Source: an uncultured Clostridium sp. (lineage in GTDB: Bacteria; Bacillota; Clostridia; TANB77; CAG-508). Taken from it: a stretch of 64,000 nucleotides of DNA. The notes under the pieces are model-generated. The model saw nothing but the letters and a program-made list of their open reading frames with translations, did no database searches and was not told the DNA's origin. The stretch lies in assembly GCA_930986425.1 (NCBI GenBank), contig CAKNJR010000009.1, positions 336 through 64,335 of the forward strand, in the 5' to 3' direction. Shown one piece after another: positions 46,840-56,314 of this stretch. Numbering within the stretch: the stretch's first letter is position 1; each line of letters opens with the position of its first letter. A program made the position numbers and the translations under genes.

Positions 46840-47397
46840 CTAAGCCTTTACTTCTTCTGTAACTTCTGCCTTTGCTTCTTCAGCTACTGGAGCGTCACCT
46901 TCTGCTTCTTTTTTGCTCTTAACTTGGTCAAGTGCAACAGCAAGTTTTGAAATAGTTCCAAGTAAGCTTCCAGCAAGTTTTGCAAGAAGTTCTTCTCTTG
47001 ATGGTAATTGAGCAAGTGTTATTAATTCTTCAACGCTTGTTACTTTTCCATCTATTATTCCACCTTTAATTTTGTAATTTTCATTTTCTTTTGAAAATTT
47101 ATATATTGCTTTTAAAGGTTGTAAATAATCTTCTTTTGCTGATACTACAGCTGTTGGTCCTTCTAATACATCATCTAATCCAGATTCATTGTTAGTGTCA
47201 AGAGCTCTTTTTATTATGTTATTTTTTATAACTTTAAGTTCTCCATTAACTTCTCTAATGTTTTTTCTTAATTTTGTATCAGCTTCAACAGTTGTTCCTC
47301 TGTAATCTACTAAAAGTACTAGCTTTGCATCTTTAATATGGTCTGCTAATTCTTTTACTTTTGCTTCTTTCATTGCTATAACGTCTTTGTTTGCCAT
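46840..47397 (-). CDS. rplJ: 50S ribosomal protein L10 with a short acidic C-terminal tail
   Basis: SD AGGAGGTG lies before the ATG at 47397 (MANKDVIAMKEAKV...). The track start is a GTG inside the SD. Confidence 0.9.
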   Translation of the reverse strand: MANKDVIAMKEAKVKELADHIKDAKLVLLVDYRGTTVEADTKLRKNIREVNGELKVIKNNIIKRALDTNNESGLDDVLEGPTAVVSAKEDYLQPLKAIYKFSKENENYKIKGGIIDGKVTSVEELITLAQLPSREELLAKLAGSLLGTISKLAVALDQVKSKKEAEGDAPVAEEAKAEVTEEVKA

Positions 47398-47409
47398 TTT
47401 AGTTTTCAC

Positions 47410-47520
47410 CTCCTAAAAAAATCAACCTCATAGCCATCTCGAGACTAATAGGTTGAATTTCTTCTCCTTATCAGCCTCGGTAGGACTTACGATATGCCTA
47501 CTGTCTATGGCTATTATAAA
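47410..47520 (-). promoter_or_regulatory. probable ribosomal protein L10 leader (rplJ 5' UTR structure)
   Basis: A GC-enriched ~105-nt spacer lies between rplA and rplJ, with complementary segments (catagccatctcgag... / ...ctgtctatggctat). An L10(L12)4 autoregulatory leader is expected at this position in Firmicutes. It has not been verified against a covariance model. Confidence 0.45.
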
Positions 47521-48204
47521 TTATTTTTGGTCTATATACAAACCAGGTCCCATTGTTGTTGCAATAGAAACACTCTTAATGTATTGTCCTTTAGCTGCTG
47601 CTGGTTTAGCTTTTATTATTGCAGCCATGATTACATCATAGTTTTCTAATAATTTGTCTGCACCAAATGAAACTTTTCCAAATCCTAAATGGATAATGTT
47701 ACTTTTATCTAATCTGTATTCAACTTTACCAGATTTGATTTCGTTTACTGCTTTTGTAACATCCATTGTTACTGTTCCTGATTTTGGGTTAGGCATTAAT
47801 CCTTTTGGTCCTAATACTTTACCAAGACGTCCTACAACACCCATCATATCTGGAGTTGCAACTACTACGTCGTAATCAAACCAGTTTTCATTTTGAATTT
47901 TTGGTATTAATTCTTCTGCACCTACAAAGTCAGCTCCTGCTGCTTTTGCTTCTTCAGCTTTAGGTCCTTTTGCGAATACTAATACTCTTTGTGTTTTACC
48001 TGTTCCATTTGGAAGAACTACTGTTCCTCTAACTTGTTGGTCTGCGTGTTTTGAATCAACACCTAATTTAACATGTAATTCAACAGTTTGGTCAAATTTT
48101 GTTTTAGGCATTTTTTCGATTATTTCAATTGCTTCTTTTGCAGAATACAATTTCTTAGAATCAACAAGTTTTGCACTTTCTTGATATCTTTTTCCTCTCT
48201 TCAT
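47521..48204 (-). CDS. rplA: 50S ribosomal protein L1
   Basis: 227 aa: MKRGKRYQE...[14 protein letters not shown].... Confidence 0.95.
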   Translation of the reverse strand: MKRGKRYQESAKLVDSKKLYSAKEAIEIIEKMPKTKFDQTVELHVKLGVDSKHADQQVRGTVVLPNGTGKTQRVLVFAKGPKAEEAKAAGADFVGAEELIPKIQNENWFDYDVVVATPDMMGVVGRLGKVLGPKGLMPNPKSGTVTMDVTKAVNEIKSGKVEYRLDKSNIIHLGFGKVSFGADKLLENYDVIMAAIIKAKPAAAKGQYIKSVSIATTMGPGLYIDQK

Positions 48205-48277
48205 TTTTACCTCCTTTGGTTATAACGAGCATCTTGCTCTCCCAATTAATAATTTTTAGCTCTTTTAGGTATACTAA

Positions 48278-48724
48278 TTATTCTTCAACTGTTACACCCA
48301 TTGAACGAGCTGTACCTTTTACCATGCTCATTGCAGCTTCTAATGAAGCAGCATTTAAGTCTGGCATTTTTGTTTTAGCAATTTCTTCAACTTGTGCTTT
48401 TGAAAGTTTTGCTACTTTTTCTCTGTTTGGTTTTCCAGAACCTTTTTCAATTTTAGCTGCTTTTTTAATTAATACAGCCATTGGTGGTTCCTTTGTTACG
48501 AATTCAAAAGATTTATCTTTATGAACTGTAATAACAACTGGTATGATTAAACCTGCTTGTTTTGCTGTTCTATCATTAAATTGTTTTACGAAGTCCATAA
48601 TATTAACACCACTACCACCTAATGCTGGTCCAACTGGTGGAGCTGGTGTAGCTTTTCCTGCTGGAATTTGCAATTTGATAATGACATCTTTTGCTTCTTC
48701 TTTCTTTGAATCTTTTCCTGCCAT
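48278..48724 (-). CDS. rplK: 50S ribosomal protein L11
   Basis: [21 protein letters not shown] is the canonical L11 motif. Confidence 0.95.
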   Translation of the reverse strand: MAGKDSKKEEAKDVIIKLQIPAGKATPAPPVGPALGGSGVNIMDFVKQFNDRTAKQAGLIIPVVITVHKDKSFEFVTKEPPMAVLIKKAAKIEKGSGKPNREKVAKLSKAQVEEIAKTKMPDLNAASLEAAMSMVKGTARSMGVTVEE

Positions 48725-48775
48725 GTTTTTGCACCTCCTTTGGTTTGTATATCAAAAATAATTTATAAGATAGGC

Positions 48776-48837
48776 GTGCGTTTGCGAAAGCAAAGCTTTC
48801 GACGCACAAATGTGCATTTTGCTTCGCAAATATGCAC
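48776..48837. promoter_or_regulatory. two tandem GC-rich hairpins in the nusG-rplK spacer (candidate leader or attenuator)
   Basis: Hairpin A (48776-48807) has 6+7 bp with a 3-nt bulge. Hairpin B (48812-48837) has 11 bp with one bulge. Both open gtgc and close gcac. Confidence 0.3.
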
Positions 48838-48931
48838 TTTCTAAGGAAGCCTAGTCTTGTTAAATTGAAAAATAAAATTTTTCAATTTAATAAGAAATCA
48901 ACCTCTTTATTTAATGCCTTCTTTTCGAATG

Positions 48932-49468
48932 TTATTTGACCTTTTCTACTTCTGAGAAATCCAACTCTAATGGTGTTTCTCTTCCAAACATAGATACTAA
49001 AACCTTAACTTTGTTTTTGTCTTTATTTATTTCAGTAACAGTACCTATAAAGTCTGTGAAAGGTCCATTTATTACTCTAACTTGGTCATCAATACCATAG
49101 TCAATGTTGATTGATTGTATATCAAATCCCATTTTTCTTATTTCACTATCTGTAAGTGGAATAGGGTCTGTTCCTGAACCAACAAATCCAGTAACACCTC
49201 TAGTATTTCTTACTATATACCAAGTTTCTTCAGTTACAATCATTTTGATTAGGACATATCCTGGGAATACTTTCTTTAGGTTTGTTTTTCTTTGTCCTTC
49301 TTTTATTTCTATTTGTTCTTCCATTGGAACAACAATATCAAAGAAATAATCTTGTAACTCTCTATTTTTTATTGTTTTTTCAAGGTCTGTTTTTACCTTG
49401 TTCTCATAACCAGAATATGTATGTACTACATACCACCTTGGCTTTTTGTCATAATCTTTTTGAGACAT
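48932..49468 (-). CDS. nusG: transcription termination/antitermination factor NusG
   Basis: 178 aa: WYVVHTYSGYENKV, a KOW domain, in secE-nusG-rplK context. Confidence 0.93.
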   Translation of the reverse strand: MSQKDYDKKPRWYVVHTYSGYENKVKTDLEKTIKNRELQDYFFDIVVPMEEQIEIKEGQRKTNLKKVFPGYVLIKMIVTEETWYIVRNTRGVTGFVGSGTDPIPLTDSEIRKMGFDIQSINIDYGIDDQVRVINGPFTDFIGTVTEINKDKNKVKVLVSMFGRETPLELDFSEVEKVK

Positions 49469-49547
49469 ATTTTAGCCTCCTTTAATAATTAGTATTACAA
49501 TATTTGCAATATTTTAAAGCATTAATTAGCTTCTAAGCTTAAATTAA

Positions 49548-50141
49548 TTATTCTGAAACTGAATTTTCTGTGTTTTCACTGTTAGTATTTTCTTCTACAC
49601 TTGTATTGTTTTCTGTTGTTGAATCATCTGATGTAGTGTTAGTATCTTCAGTTGTATTTGCCTCATCAGTAGTATTATCTACTGTTTCATTAGCGCTTAT
49701 ACTATTTTGAAGTTTTCTAACTTGCTCTACTTCAAATTTATTCATATAATCAAATGCTAAATCCAATAAGAAAATGAATAAAGAAACTACAACAACCATA
49801 ACAATAACAACAGCTGTATTTGAAAATAGTTCTTTTCCTTTAGGCCATACTATTTTTTTAAGTTCAGCCTTAAAGTCTTTGAACCAACTCTTCTTAGCTG
49901 ATTTGTCATTTTTGTTTTTCTTGTCTTTTTTGTTTGTTTTGCTTTCTTTATTTTTCTTTTCTTTTTTATTATTTTTGTCTGCTTTTTTTGTAGATTCAAC
50001 AGTTGTAGTTTCATTTTTTGATTCTACCTCTGCTACTTCTTCTACTTTTTCAGTTTCATTTTGCTTTAATTCTTCAGAAGCATTTGTAACTTTTTTAGTG
50101 TTTTTACTTTTGTTTTGCTTCTTTTTATTATTTTTAGGCAT
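49548..50141 (-). CDS. secE: preprotein translocase subunit SecE, unusually long (197 aa) with low-complexity N- and C-terminal extensions
   Basis: The SecE core FKAELKKIVWPKGKELFSNTAVVIVMVVVVSLFIFLLDLAFDY is flanked by a K/N/E-rich N-tail and an N/T/E/D-rich C-tail. It lies in the rpmG-secE-nusG position. Confidence 0.8.
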   Translation of the reverse strand: MPKNNKKKQNKSKNTKKVTNASEELKQNETEKVEEVAEVESKNETTTVESTKKADKNNKKEKKNKESKTNKKDKKNKNDKSAKKSWFKDFKAELKKIVWPKGKELFSNTAVVIVMVVVVSLFIFLLDLAFDYMNKFEVEQVRKLQNSISANETVDNTTDEANTTEDTNTTSDDSTTENNTSVEENTNSENTENSVSE

Positions 50142-50168
50142 TTTTATTCCCCCTTAAAAAGGCTTTAC

Positions 50169-50333
50169 TTATTTTGTTTCTTTATGTGTTGTGTGTTTTT
50201 TGCAGAATTTACAATGTTTTTTTATTTCTAATCTTTCTGCATTATTTTTCTTGTTTTTATCTGTAACATATGTTCTATTGTGGCACTCTGTGCACTCTAG
50301 TGTGATATGTTCTCTTGCTCCTTTTGCAGCCAT
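50169..50333 (-). CDS. rpmG: 50S ribosomal protein L33
   Basis: Own translation, 54 aa: [54 protein letters not shown]. It has a zinc-ribbon CxxC...CxxC, and SD GGAGGTG lies upstream. It is below the ORF-track cutoff. Confidence 0.9.
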   Translation of the reverse strand: MAAKGAREHITLECTECHNRTYVTDKNKKNNAERLEIKKHCKFCKKHTTHKETK

Positions 50334-50528
50334 TTCATACACCTCCAGCTATAAGTTAATTGTTTATTTATTTTTTAACTTTTACTAGCGTATGCATTTT
50401 TACCTACATACGCTAGATTATTTTATCATATTATTTAGTTAATGTCAACCTTTTTAGAAAATTTGTGTGTTATGTCTAGTTTTTCTCGTAATTGTTCCTT
50501 ATTTTTTTCTGCATTTTTTATTTTCATT

Positions 50529-52361
50529 TTATTTATTAAAAATTCTAATCGAATTTATTACAGTTATTAATGTTATTCCCGTATCTGCTGCAACAGCTAG
50601 CCATACTGGAGCAATTCCTAATATTCCAAGAATTAAAACTATTAATTTTGCCAAAAGTGATATTGTAATATTCTCATTAACAATTCGAATCGTTTTCCTT
50701 GCTACTTTTATTATTTGTGGTAAACTGCTAATATTGTTAGATATTAATATGCTATCTGCTGTTGTGCTTGCTATATCTGTTCCTTCTCCCATTGCTATGC
50801 TAAAGTCTGATGTGGCTAGTACTGGGCTATCATTAATTCCATCTCCTATGAATATAACCTTGCCTTCTTCTTTTAATTTATTTATTTCTTCTACTTTATT
50901 TTCTGGCATTAGTTTTGCCCTATACTCTATTTTTCCACATGCTTTTGCAATTTTCTCTGCATTTGTCTTGCTATCTCCTGTAAGCATTACAACTTTTTTT
51001 ATTCCTGTTTCATATAATTTAGTTATTGTTTCTTTGACACCTTCTCTTATTCTTTCATTTAAAGTAATATATGCAGATATTTTATTATTTACTGCTATTA
51101 ATATTGCATTTTCCGGAATTTTGCTATCTACTTCTATTTGATATTTATCTAGCATTTTTTTGTTTCCAATTATAACTTGTTTTTCTTCCATTTCTCCATA
51201 TATCCCACAGCCAGCAATTTCTTTTTGGTTTTCTACTTCTAATTTTTTCAAATTGAATTCACTTGCAAATTCTATAATTGCTGTTGATACAGGATGATTT
51301 GAATTACTTTCTAAGCTATATGCATATTGCAACAATTTTTCTTTGTTTAATGTTTTATCAAGTACTTTTAATTCTTCAACTTTCATTTTCCCTGTTGTTA
51401 TTGTTCCTGTTTTATCTAGTGCCAAAATCTTAGCTTTTGCTAAATCTTCAATGTGCTTTGTTCCTTTTATTAATAATCCTTTTTTAGATATTGCGCCTAT
51501 GCATGAAAAATATGCTAGTGGTATTGAAATTACTATACTGCAAGGACATGAAGCTACTAAAAATACTAATGCTCTATTAAGCCATGTCACAAAATCTGCG
51601 CCAAATAATGCTGGTATAATTGCTAATAGTACTGCTATGATTATTACAACAGGAGTATATATTTTTGAAAATTTCGTTATATATTCTTCTTTTTTACCTT
51701 TATTATTTGTTGCTTCATATACTAAATCTACAATTTTAGCTATTGCTGAATCTTTGTATTCTTTTGTGACTTTGCAAATCAATGTGCCTGTTTGATTAAT
51801 GGCTCCTGAAAGTATCTCTGTTCCTTTATTTACATATACAGGTTCGCTTTCTCCTGTAAGTTTTGATGTATCTAATGCGGATTCTCCTTTTATAATTTTG
51901 CAGTCAACTGGTACAGTTTCACCAGGTTTTATTAATATACTGTTTCCTATTTTTAATTCTTCTACATTTACAATTGTAGTATTTTTTCCATCAATTAGAT
52001 TTGCTGTTTTTATTTTTAATGATGCTATACTATTTATATTTTTATTAGCTTTTTCAACTGCTTTATCTTCTATAAACTCGCCTAATTTAAACAATAATAC
52101 TATTGCAACACTTTCTGGATATTCACCTATGATAAATGCTGCTATAATAGCGATTGTCATTAATGTATCTTCTTCAAAATTTAAGTGAAAGATATTTTTT
52201 ATGCCTTCTATTATTAAGTCATATCCAGATAAAATCACTGCTAATAGATAAATTACTAGCTTATAACTCTCTAAAGCAGGTATAAAACCTACTGCAAATA
52301 ATATTAAGCTTATGACATACAAGAATATTTTTAGCTTACTACTCTCTTTCTTGTCTTCCAT
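50529..52361 (-). CDS. heavy-metal translocating P1B-type ATPase (Cd/Zn/Co type), no N-terminal HMA domain
   Basis: 610 aa: CPC in ASCPCSIVISIP, DKTGTIT, GDGINDSP. Confidence 0.88.
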   Translation of the reverse strand: MEDKKESSKLKIFLYVISLILFAVGFIPALESYKLVIYLLAVILSGYDLIIEGIKNIFHLNFEEDTLMTIAIIAAFIIGEYPESVAIVLLFKLGEFIEDKAVEKANKNINSIASLKIKTANLIDGKNTTIVNVEELKIGNSILIKPGETVPVDCKIIKGESALDTSKLTGESEPVYVNKGTEILSGAINQTGTLICKVTKEYKDSAIAKIVDLVYEATNNKGKKEEYITKFSKIYTPVVIIIAVLLAIIPALFGADFVTWLNRALVFLVASCPCSIVISIPLAYFSCIGAISKKGLLIKGTKHIEDLAKAKILALDKTGTITTGKMKVEELKVLDKTLNKEKLLQYAYSLESNSNHPVSTAIIEFASEFNLKKLEVENQKEIAGCGIYGEMEEKQVIIGNKKMLDKYQIEVDSKIPENAILIAVNNKISAYITLNERIREGVKETITKLYETGIKKVVMLTGDSKTNAEKIAKACGKIEYRAKLMPENKVEEINKLKEEGKVIFIGDGINDSPVLATSDFSIAMGEGTDIASTTADSILISNNISSLPQIIKVARKTIRIVNENITISLLAKLIVLILGILGIAPVWLAVAADTGITLITVINSIRIFNK

Positions 52362-52421
52362 TTAGATTCTCCCTTCTATCTAGTTTTTATTTAATATCTG
52401 TGTTTTTATTATACAGATTTT

Positions 52422-52793
52422 TTATTTACCAGTTTCTTCTTTTTCTTTAATGTGAGCTATTGCCATTCTAAGAATTGCATCAATGTGTTCATCTTCTAAT
52501 GTATAATAAACTTGTTTTCCCTCTTTTCTATATTTTACAAGTTTAGATGTTCTTAGAGTTTGTAACTGATGAGAAACTGTTGATTGGTTTAAGTTTAATA
52601 ATTCGCATAAATCACATACGCATAGTTCTTCATTTAATAAACTGCAAATTATCCTTAATCTTGTTTCATCTGCAAATACTTTAAACATTTCTGCTAAACT
52701 TCTATTCATCTCAGTTGTAATTTCTTTCTTTCTCGCCTCATATAGCTCATTTTGATGTAATTCTTTATCTTCGCATACAAAATTTTCTTCCAT
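52422..52793 (-). CDS. ArsR/SmtB-family metal-sensing transcriptional repressor
   Basis: ELCVCDLCELLNLNQSTVSHQLQTLR is a wHTH with a CVC metal site. It is upstream of the P-type ATPase. Confidence 0.88.
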   Translation of the reverse strand: MEENFVCEDKELHQNELYEARKKEITTEMNRSLAEMFKVFADETRLRIICSLLNEELCVCDLCELLNLNQSTVSHQLQTLRTSKLVKYRKEGKQVYYTLEDEHIDAILRMAIAHIKEKEETGK

Positions 52794-52997
52794 TTTATCT
52801 CCTTTTTTTAATTTTTATAATATATATTTTGAATATTAAAGTCTTTCATATTATCATATGCACATCTATTCATATGTTATACCTATTAATTTATTTTGTC
52901 AAGCTATTTTAGAAATAAATTTTACAAATGCAAAAAACTATATATTTTAGTGCCTTTCATACATCTAAAATATATAGTTTTGCTTTTAATTCTTTTT

Positions 52998-53876
52998 TTA
53001 TTTTAATTGTTTTGCAACTTCTTCTGCAAAGTTTTCTTCTTTCTTTTCGATTCCTTCGCCTTTTTCAAATCTAACAAATTTATTGATTTTTGCTTTTTTA
53101 GAAGCTACTAAATCTTTAACTTTTTGGCTTGGGTCTTTTACAAATTCTTGGTCAAGTAAGCAAATTTCTCCGTAGAATTTTCCAAGTCTTCCAGCTACTA
53201 TTTTCTCAGCAACTGCTTCTGGTCTACCTTCATTTATAACTTGAGCTTTTAAGATTTCTTTTTCTTTTTCAACTCTATCTTGTGGTACATCTGCTTCTGA
53301 TAAAAATTCAGGTTTTGCTGCTGCTATATGCATGCAGATGTCTTTTGCTAATTGTTCATCAGCATTTTCTATATCTAATAGAACACCTATTTTTCCGTCT
53401 CCGTGAATGTAGCTTGCAACAGTTCCTTCTGTTTCAAATCTTTCAAATCTTCTTATTGACATGTTTTCACCAATTGTTGCTATTTTGTTTGTTAATTCTT
53501 CTTGAACTGTAAGTGATTCATCATTGATAAATTTTTGTGCTAGTAATTCTTCTACATTTGCTGGATTGTTAAGTGCTACTTGTTTTACTACATCTTTTAC
53601 AAAAGCTTGGAAGTCTGCATTTTTGGCAACGAAGTCTGTTTCTGCGTTAACTTCAACAATTGCTCCTAATTTTGCGTCTTCTGAAATATATGTTTCAACT
53701 AAACCTTCTGCTGCTATTCTGTCAGATTTTTTAGCTGCCTTCATAATTCCTCTTTCACGTAGTAATTCAATTGCTTTTTCTTCGTCTCCATTTGTTTCTG
53801 TTAAAACTTTTTTGCAGTCCATCATGCCTGCACCTGTTTTTTCTCTTAACTCTTTTACTTGAGCTGCAGTAATCAT
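52998..53876 (-). CDS. tsf: translation elongation factor Ts
   Basis: MITAAQVKELREKTGAGMMDCKK is a canonical UBA-like N-terminus. Confidence 0.95.
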   Translation of the reverse strand: MITAAQVKELREKTGAGMMDCKKVLTETNGDEEKAIELLRERGIMKAAKKSDRIAAEGLVETYISEDAKLGAIVEVNAETDFVAKNADFQAFVKDVVKQVALNNPANVEELLAQKFINDESLTVQEELTNKIATIGENMSIRRFERFETEGTVASYIHGDGKIGVLLDIENADEQLAKDICMHIAAAKPEFLSEADVPQDRVEKEKEILKAQVINEGRPEAVAEKIVAGRLGKFYGEICLLDQEFVKDPSQKVKDLVASKKAKINKFVRFEKGEGIEKKEENFAEEVAKQLK

Positions 53877-54034
53877 AATAAATTCCTCCCTTTCTTAAGT
53901 TTTATTATTGCAATTTAATATTATTTTATTTCAAAATATTCATAAACTGCTCATAAAACTATTTTATCAGCTTTTATATTAAAGCCTATTTTTATACACT
54001 AAATAGGGAAAATAATTTCCCTATTTAACATTTT

Positions 54035-54811
54035 TTATTCTTCTGAAGTTTCTTCATTTTGAGCAACTTCTTCCATACTCATTTCTTCGCTTTCTTCTAC
54101 TGGTTGCTCTTCTTCAGATTCTAAGCTTTCGCCTTGTTTTCCTTCAATAACTGCATTTGCTAATACGTCTGTAACTAATTTAACAGCACGGATTGCATCA
54201 TCATTACCTGGAATAACGTAGTCAACATCATTTGGGTCACAGTTTGTATCTACTAATCCAACTAAAGGAATATTTAATTTTCTAGCTTCTTGAACAGCTA
54301 TATGTTCCTTTTTAGGGTCTACTACGAATATAACGTCTGGAATTTGTGTCATTTCTTTAATTCCGCCTAAGTTCTTTTCTAGTTTATCCATTTCTTTCTT
54401 TAATAGGATAACTTCTTTTTTAGGTAGAACTTCGAAAGTTCCATCTTCTTGCATTTTTTCTAATTCTGCTAATCTTTCAATTCTTTTTCTGATAGTTTTG
54501 AAGTTTGTTAATGTTCCTCCTAACCATCTTTCATTTACGTAGAACATTCCGCTTTTTTCAGCTGCTTCTTTAACACATTCTTGTGCTTGTTTTTTTGTTC
54601 CTACGAATAAAATTGTTTTTCCTTCTTCTGCTTGTTCTTTGATGAATGCATATGCCTCATCTAATTTTTTTGATGTTTTTTGTAAATCGATGATATGGAT
54701 ACCATTTCTAGCTTGGAATATATATTCAGCCATTCTTGGGTCCCATCTTCTTGTTTGGTGTCCAAAATGTACACCTGCTTCTAGTAATTGTTTCATTGCA
54801 ACTACTGCCAT
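54035..54811 (-). CDS. rpsB: 30S ribosomal protein S2 with an acidic C-terminal tail
   Basis: [22 protein letters not shown] is a canonical S2 N-terminus. The final ~35 aa are E/S-rich. Confidence 0.95.
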   Translation of the reverse strand: MAVVAMKQLLEAGVHFGHQTRRWDPRMAEYIFQARNGIHIIDLQKTSKKLDEAYAFIKEQAEEGKTILFVGTKKQAQECVKEAAEKSGMFYVNERWLGGTLTNFKTIRKRIERLAELEKMQEDGTFEVLPKKEVILLKKEMDKLEKNLGGIKEMTQIPDVIFVVDPKKEHIAVQEARKLNIPLVGLVDTNCDPNDVDYVIPGNDDAIRAVKLVTDVLANAVIEGKQGESLESEEEQPVEESEEMSMEEVAQNEETSEE

Positions 54812-54961
54812 TTTAAATTCCTCCTTTTAGTTTTGTTCCTCCACAAACTTCAACATTTAAAATTACCTTTTGGCACTATTTTAAACTCCATTTGTGTGTG
54901 TATTTTTCAACGTATATTATTATATCAAAGAAAAAGCCTTTTGACAAGGCTTTTTGTGAAT

Positions 54962-55027
54962 TTTTTTACTTTTGGGACGGTCCTTTTTGTAAAATATTTT
55001 ACGTTTTGCTCCGTCCCCAAAGTTAAA
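54962..55027. repeat. intergenic nested-palindrome repeat, copy 2
   Basis: ttttttacttttgggacggtcctttttgtaaaatattttacgttttgctccgtccccaaagttaaa. The outer stem is acttttgggacgg / ccgtccccaaagt and the inner palindrome is gtaaaatattttac. Confidence 0.8.
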
Positions 55028-55124
55028 TATTACAAAAATGTAACATTAACTTAATATTATTGTAATTTATATTTGCACTACATGGTGCTATAATGTAAGT
55101 AATTAAACTAAGGAGAAGTATTTT

Positions 55125-56222
55125 ATGGATACATTCAATTCAGATTTAGAAAAGGAAGGCATTAAAGTTATATGTCCAATTAGCACCTTAAATGTAAATG
55201 AAATTGCAACTTATGTTGCTAGACTTTTGTGCTCTAAAATGCCTGAATTAAAATTAAAATATAATACTGTATTTATGAGCATTGCAAGACTTCCAATGTA
55301 TATTGCAGAAATGCCACAAGGACAGTCTGACGCTTGCTATTATTATAAAAATTCATCTATTTATTTTAGAAAAGGTCTTACTTTTGATAAAATTAAGAAA
55401 CTTGCCGTTCATGAATCTATTCATCATCTTCAAGAAGTAAAAGATAATAAAGGCAATTTAAAGAAATTAGGATTATGCACTTATGTTGGTAACAAAGCTT
55501 ATGGCGAAGCTTTAAATGAAGGTGCTGTTCAACTCATTTCATCATATTTAACTGGTGAAAAATCTGATGTTGTTAAATATTATGATGTTACATTGCCTAC
55601 TGATAGTCCTTCATATTATCCTTTAGTTTGTAATTTAGTTAAGCAAATTGGTTATGTTTCAAATTTTGCTACTATGTTTGATAGTACTGTTTTTGCAAAT
55701 ACTGCATTTTATGACAGATATATTGCTGCTTGTGGTGAAGATGAAGCATATAAAATTCAACAAAATCTAGATAAAATAGTTTCATATGAAGGCAAAATAG
55801 CTGATTTAAATACAAAAATTCAAACAGAAGATTTATCTTATAAAAAGTTTAAAGCATGCACTGATAAAATTACTAATTATAAAAGTAAAATAAAAAATAC
55901 TTTTATATCTACACAGAATTTAATTATAACTTCTTTCTTTGATAGAGAAACTAAGAATCTATTATCTATTACAAGAATTGAAGAATATAGAAAATATTTA
56001 TATAGCTTTAAAAATTTAATTGGTGTTATTGATAATTATTCATTCTTTAATGACTTCTACATCAAGAAAATGAATGAATTAGATGACAGATATGAGGCTA
56101 TTGTAAATAACAGAGCTTTGGCTATTGTTCCTCGTTCTAAAGTTAGTATTTTCTTTAATTCTATTAAGAATTTATTTGTTGGAAATGCTAATGAATACGA
56201 GAGGCAAAGTAATAAATTTTAA
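55125..56222 (+). CDS. hypothetical protein with HExxH...LNEG gluzincin-like metallopeptidase motif
   Basis: 365 aa. AVHESIHHLQE is followed 31 residues after the second His by EALNEGAV. The C-terminal half is predicted helical or coiled. SD AAGGAG is present. Confidence 0.4.
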   Translation: MDTFNSDLEKEGIKVICPISTLNVNEIATYVARLLCSKMPELKLKYNTVFMSIARLPMYIAEMPQGQSDACYYYKNSSIYFRKGLTFDKIKKLAVHESIHHLQEVKDNKGNLKKLGLCTYVGNKAYGEALNEGAVQLISSYLTGEKSDVVKYYDVTLPTDSPSYYPLVCNLVKQIGYVSNFATMFDSTVFANTAFYDRYIAACGEDEAYKIQQNLDKIVSYEGKIADLNTKIQTEDLSYKKFKACTDKITNYKSKIKNTFISTQNLIITSFFDRETKNLLSITRIEEYRKYLYSFKNLIGVIDNYSFFNDFYIKKMNELDDRYEAIVNNRALAIVPRSKVSIFFNSIKNLFVGNANEYERQSNKF

Positions 56223-56314
56223 ACAGATTTTCTCAAGAAATAAAAATTAAAGCAATAAATTGTTTTTACAGTTTATTGCTTTTTATTTTTTCTTATTTAT
56301 TTGAGTTCTTTATT

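Noticed and set aside
50467-51141. 224-aa plus-strand ORF, together with the similar long antisense ORFs 51343..51795, 51799..52188, 4472..4891, 29805..30251, 17966..18247, 2249..2554 and 49774..50157.
   Set aside because: All are hydrophobic or low-complexity mirror frames of well-supported minus-strand genes or of AT-rich spacers. They lack SDs and recognisable domains. This is a typical antisense artefact in AT-rich DNA.
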